A DNA stretch of 53,385 nucleotides, the filler included, from Basidioascus undulatus (Eukaryota), in assembly GCA_000826855.1 (NCBI GenBank). It is 3 parts of 3 records of this genome, joined end to end, with 100 filler letters (N's around TTAATTAATTAA, not from the genome) between each part and the next. Parts side by side here need not be neighbours in the genome. Positions count along the whole stretch, not along the records: positions 35,691 to 53,385 come from JTLS01000510.1; 2 more parts are not named here. One strand, 5' to 3'. A model generated the notes under the pieces. The model saw nothing but the letters and a program-made list of their open reading frames with translations. It did no database searches and was not told the DNA's origin. Positions 51,854-53,385 of the stretch are shown here, piece by piece (positions within the stretch are counted from its first letter, which is position 1; each line of letters opens with the position of its first letter). The position numbers and the translations under genes were made by a program.

Positions 51854-53385
51854 ATGCCGCCCACGACTCGATCACGAACCCGAGCGAGGGCACGGCGCCC
51901 GACGCTGCTCGGCGCTATGGGCGCGCTGGCACTTGCGCTAGCGGTCGCGGCGGATGGGGAGGAGAAGCTGGCTCGGTGCGTGTGCTGGCGGGGACGAGGC
52001 GGAAGGAAAGGGAGGAAGACGCTGAGTGTGTGTTGGAGGGTCGCTCGCAGCTGGCAGCATTCGTGGACCGCCCTCCCGCCGGACTCTGATACGCCCACAC
52101 ACCTCCTCGTCTACGGCGGCAAGACGTCCCCCTCGCCCGGCTCAGCAGGGCAGACCTCAGTCCGTGCCTCCCTCCCAGTGCTCCAGTCCCCGGCTTCCCC
52201 TCCCCTTCCCACCCCCTCCTTCTCGCCCCCCAGTCGTCCGCCCCCAACTCCGCCGACCTCCTTCTCCTGCCCCTCTCCGCCTCTTTCCCGCTCTCCTCGC
52301 CCCCCTGGAGCGTCCTCTCCCCCTCCCCCGCCGGGCCCCCAACATCCGACCACGCCCTAATCCCGCTCTCCCCGGACGGTGGATCCTCCTTCCTCCTCTT
52401 CGGCGGCCAGTCCTCCTCGGGCGTCCCCACCGGCTCCGACTCCGCGTGGGTGCTCAACCTGGAGAAGGATACCTGGGCGCTCTGGGCCGGCGAGGGGGAC
52501 GAACCGCAGCGGCGTGTCGGGGCGCGCGGGGCGTGGTGGGAGGGCGAGGCGGTCGTTGTGGGCGGGGAGAGGGGACACCAAAGCGGGTTTGATTTCACGT
52601 CCTCAATCTCCTACTCCCCTTCCTCCAAGCGCTTCTCCACCTCCATCCCCGCGCTCCCCGCCGCCCTCTCCGGCCACTCCCTCAACTACCTCCCTGGCTC
52701 CCCCCCGGCGCTCCTCACCCTCTTCGGTGGGTCCACCACACCGTATCTCCTCCGGCCCTCCGCGCGCGCGTGGTTTGCGCTCAATATCACGAGCGGCACC
52801 GGCCCCGCCGCGCGCACGGACCACCTCGCGCTCGCCCTGGGCGGTGGGAAGGTGTTTGTCCACGGCGGGAGGAGCGGGCAGGAAGTGTTTGGGGACGCGT
52901 GGGTGTTGAGCGTTGATGTGGAGCGCGGGGAGGGGAGCTGGGAACGCTAGGAGAAGTGGGAGGGGGCGGGAGCACCGGGGAAGAGGTGGGGCCATGGGGG
53001 GGTCGTGGTGGATGGGAAGATCTTGATCGTGTTTGGTGCGTGGCGGTCTGCCTTCACCTCTAATTTCAGGTACTCATGAACAGCGCGGAATGGTGCAGGC
53101 TACGCCGATAACGGACCAGCAGAGACGACGCTCTTCTCGTACGACCTCGCGTCCTCCTCGTTCCTCACGTCCTTCGCCGCGCCCTCCCCTTCCTCCTCCA
53201 GCGCCGGCTCCGGCTCCGGCAGCAAATCGGGTTCCAGCTCGGGTTCCAGCTCTGGCTCCGGCTCGAACTCTGTCTCTGGCTCCTCTTCTGACGACTCGTC
53301 GTCTCCCTCCGACTCCAACTCGGGTTCCTCTTCCTCCGGCTCCTCTGGTTCCTCTTCTGACGACTCGTCGTCTCCCTCCTCCACC
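51854..53385 (+). CDS. Secreted/cell-surface kelch-repeat (galactose oxidase-like beta-propeller) protein; contains an in-frame TAG and is truncated at window end
   Basis: Hydrophobic N-terminus LLGAMGALALALAVAA; kelch motifs ARWQH..LLVYGGK, FLLFGG, ARTDH..VFVHGG..FGDAWVL, RWGHGGVVVDGKILIVFGY; Ser/Gly-rich stalk; TAG at 52948-52950. Confidence 0.8.
53281..53379 (+). repeat. 30-bp direct repeat in the Ser-rich stalk
   Basis: TCCTCTTCTGACGACTCGTCGTCTCCCTCC at 53281-53310 and 53350-53379. Confidence 0.85.

Overview
Intron-rich, GC-rich fungal DNA; splice signals and gene content point to a basidiomycete, possibly Pucciniomycotina (inference). The window appears to be three separate contigs (1-17768, 17869-35590, 35691-53385; 17768, 17722 and 17695 bp, descending in size) joined by 100-nt N spacers containing TTAATTAATTAA, so gene order across the spacers is not meaningful. 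Conserved genes with uninterrupted spliced frames: M36 fungalysin, Mex67 (cut by spacer), ERCC1/Rad10 (cut), SNU13, lysyl-tRNA synthetase with an upstream mitochondrial-type presequence, an EF-hand MscS channel, an Sfk1/Frag1-family protein (cut), TMA7, SGD1/NOM1 and a SPATA20/YyaL protein. There are also tRNA-Cys(GCA), tRNA-Asn(GTT) and a degenerate tRNA-Glu(CTC). Many accessory genes (BTB, F-box/LRR, secreted proteins, kelch) carry stops or frameshifts. The most notable signal is in TMA7: a predicted [D1,2] spliceosomal twin intron (an intron nested inside another intron's donor) plus two GC-AG introns. SPATA20 has a 4-nt microexon. All gene models were built by hand from the sequence; no searches were run.
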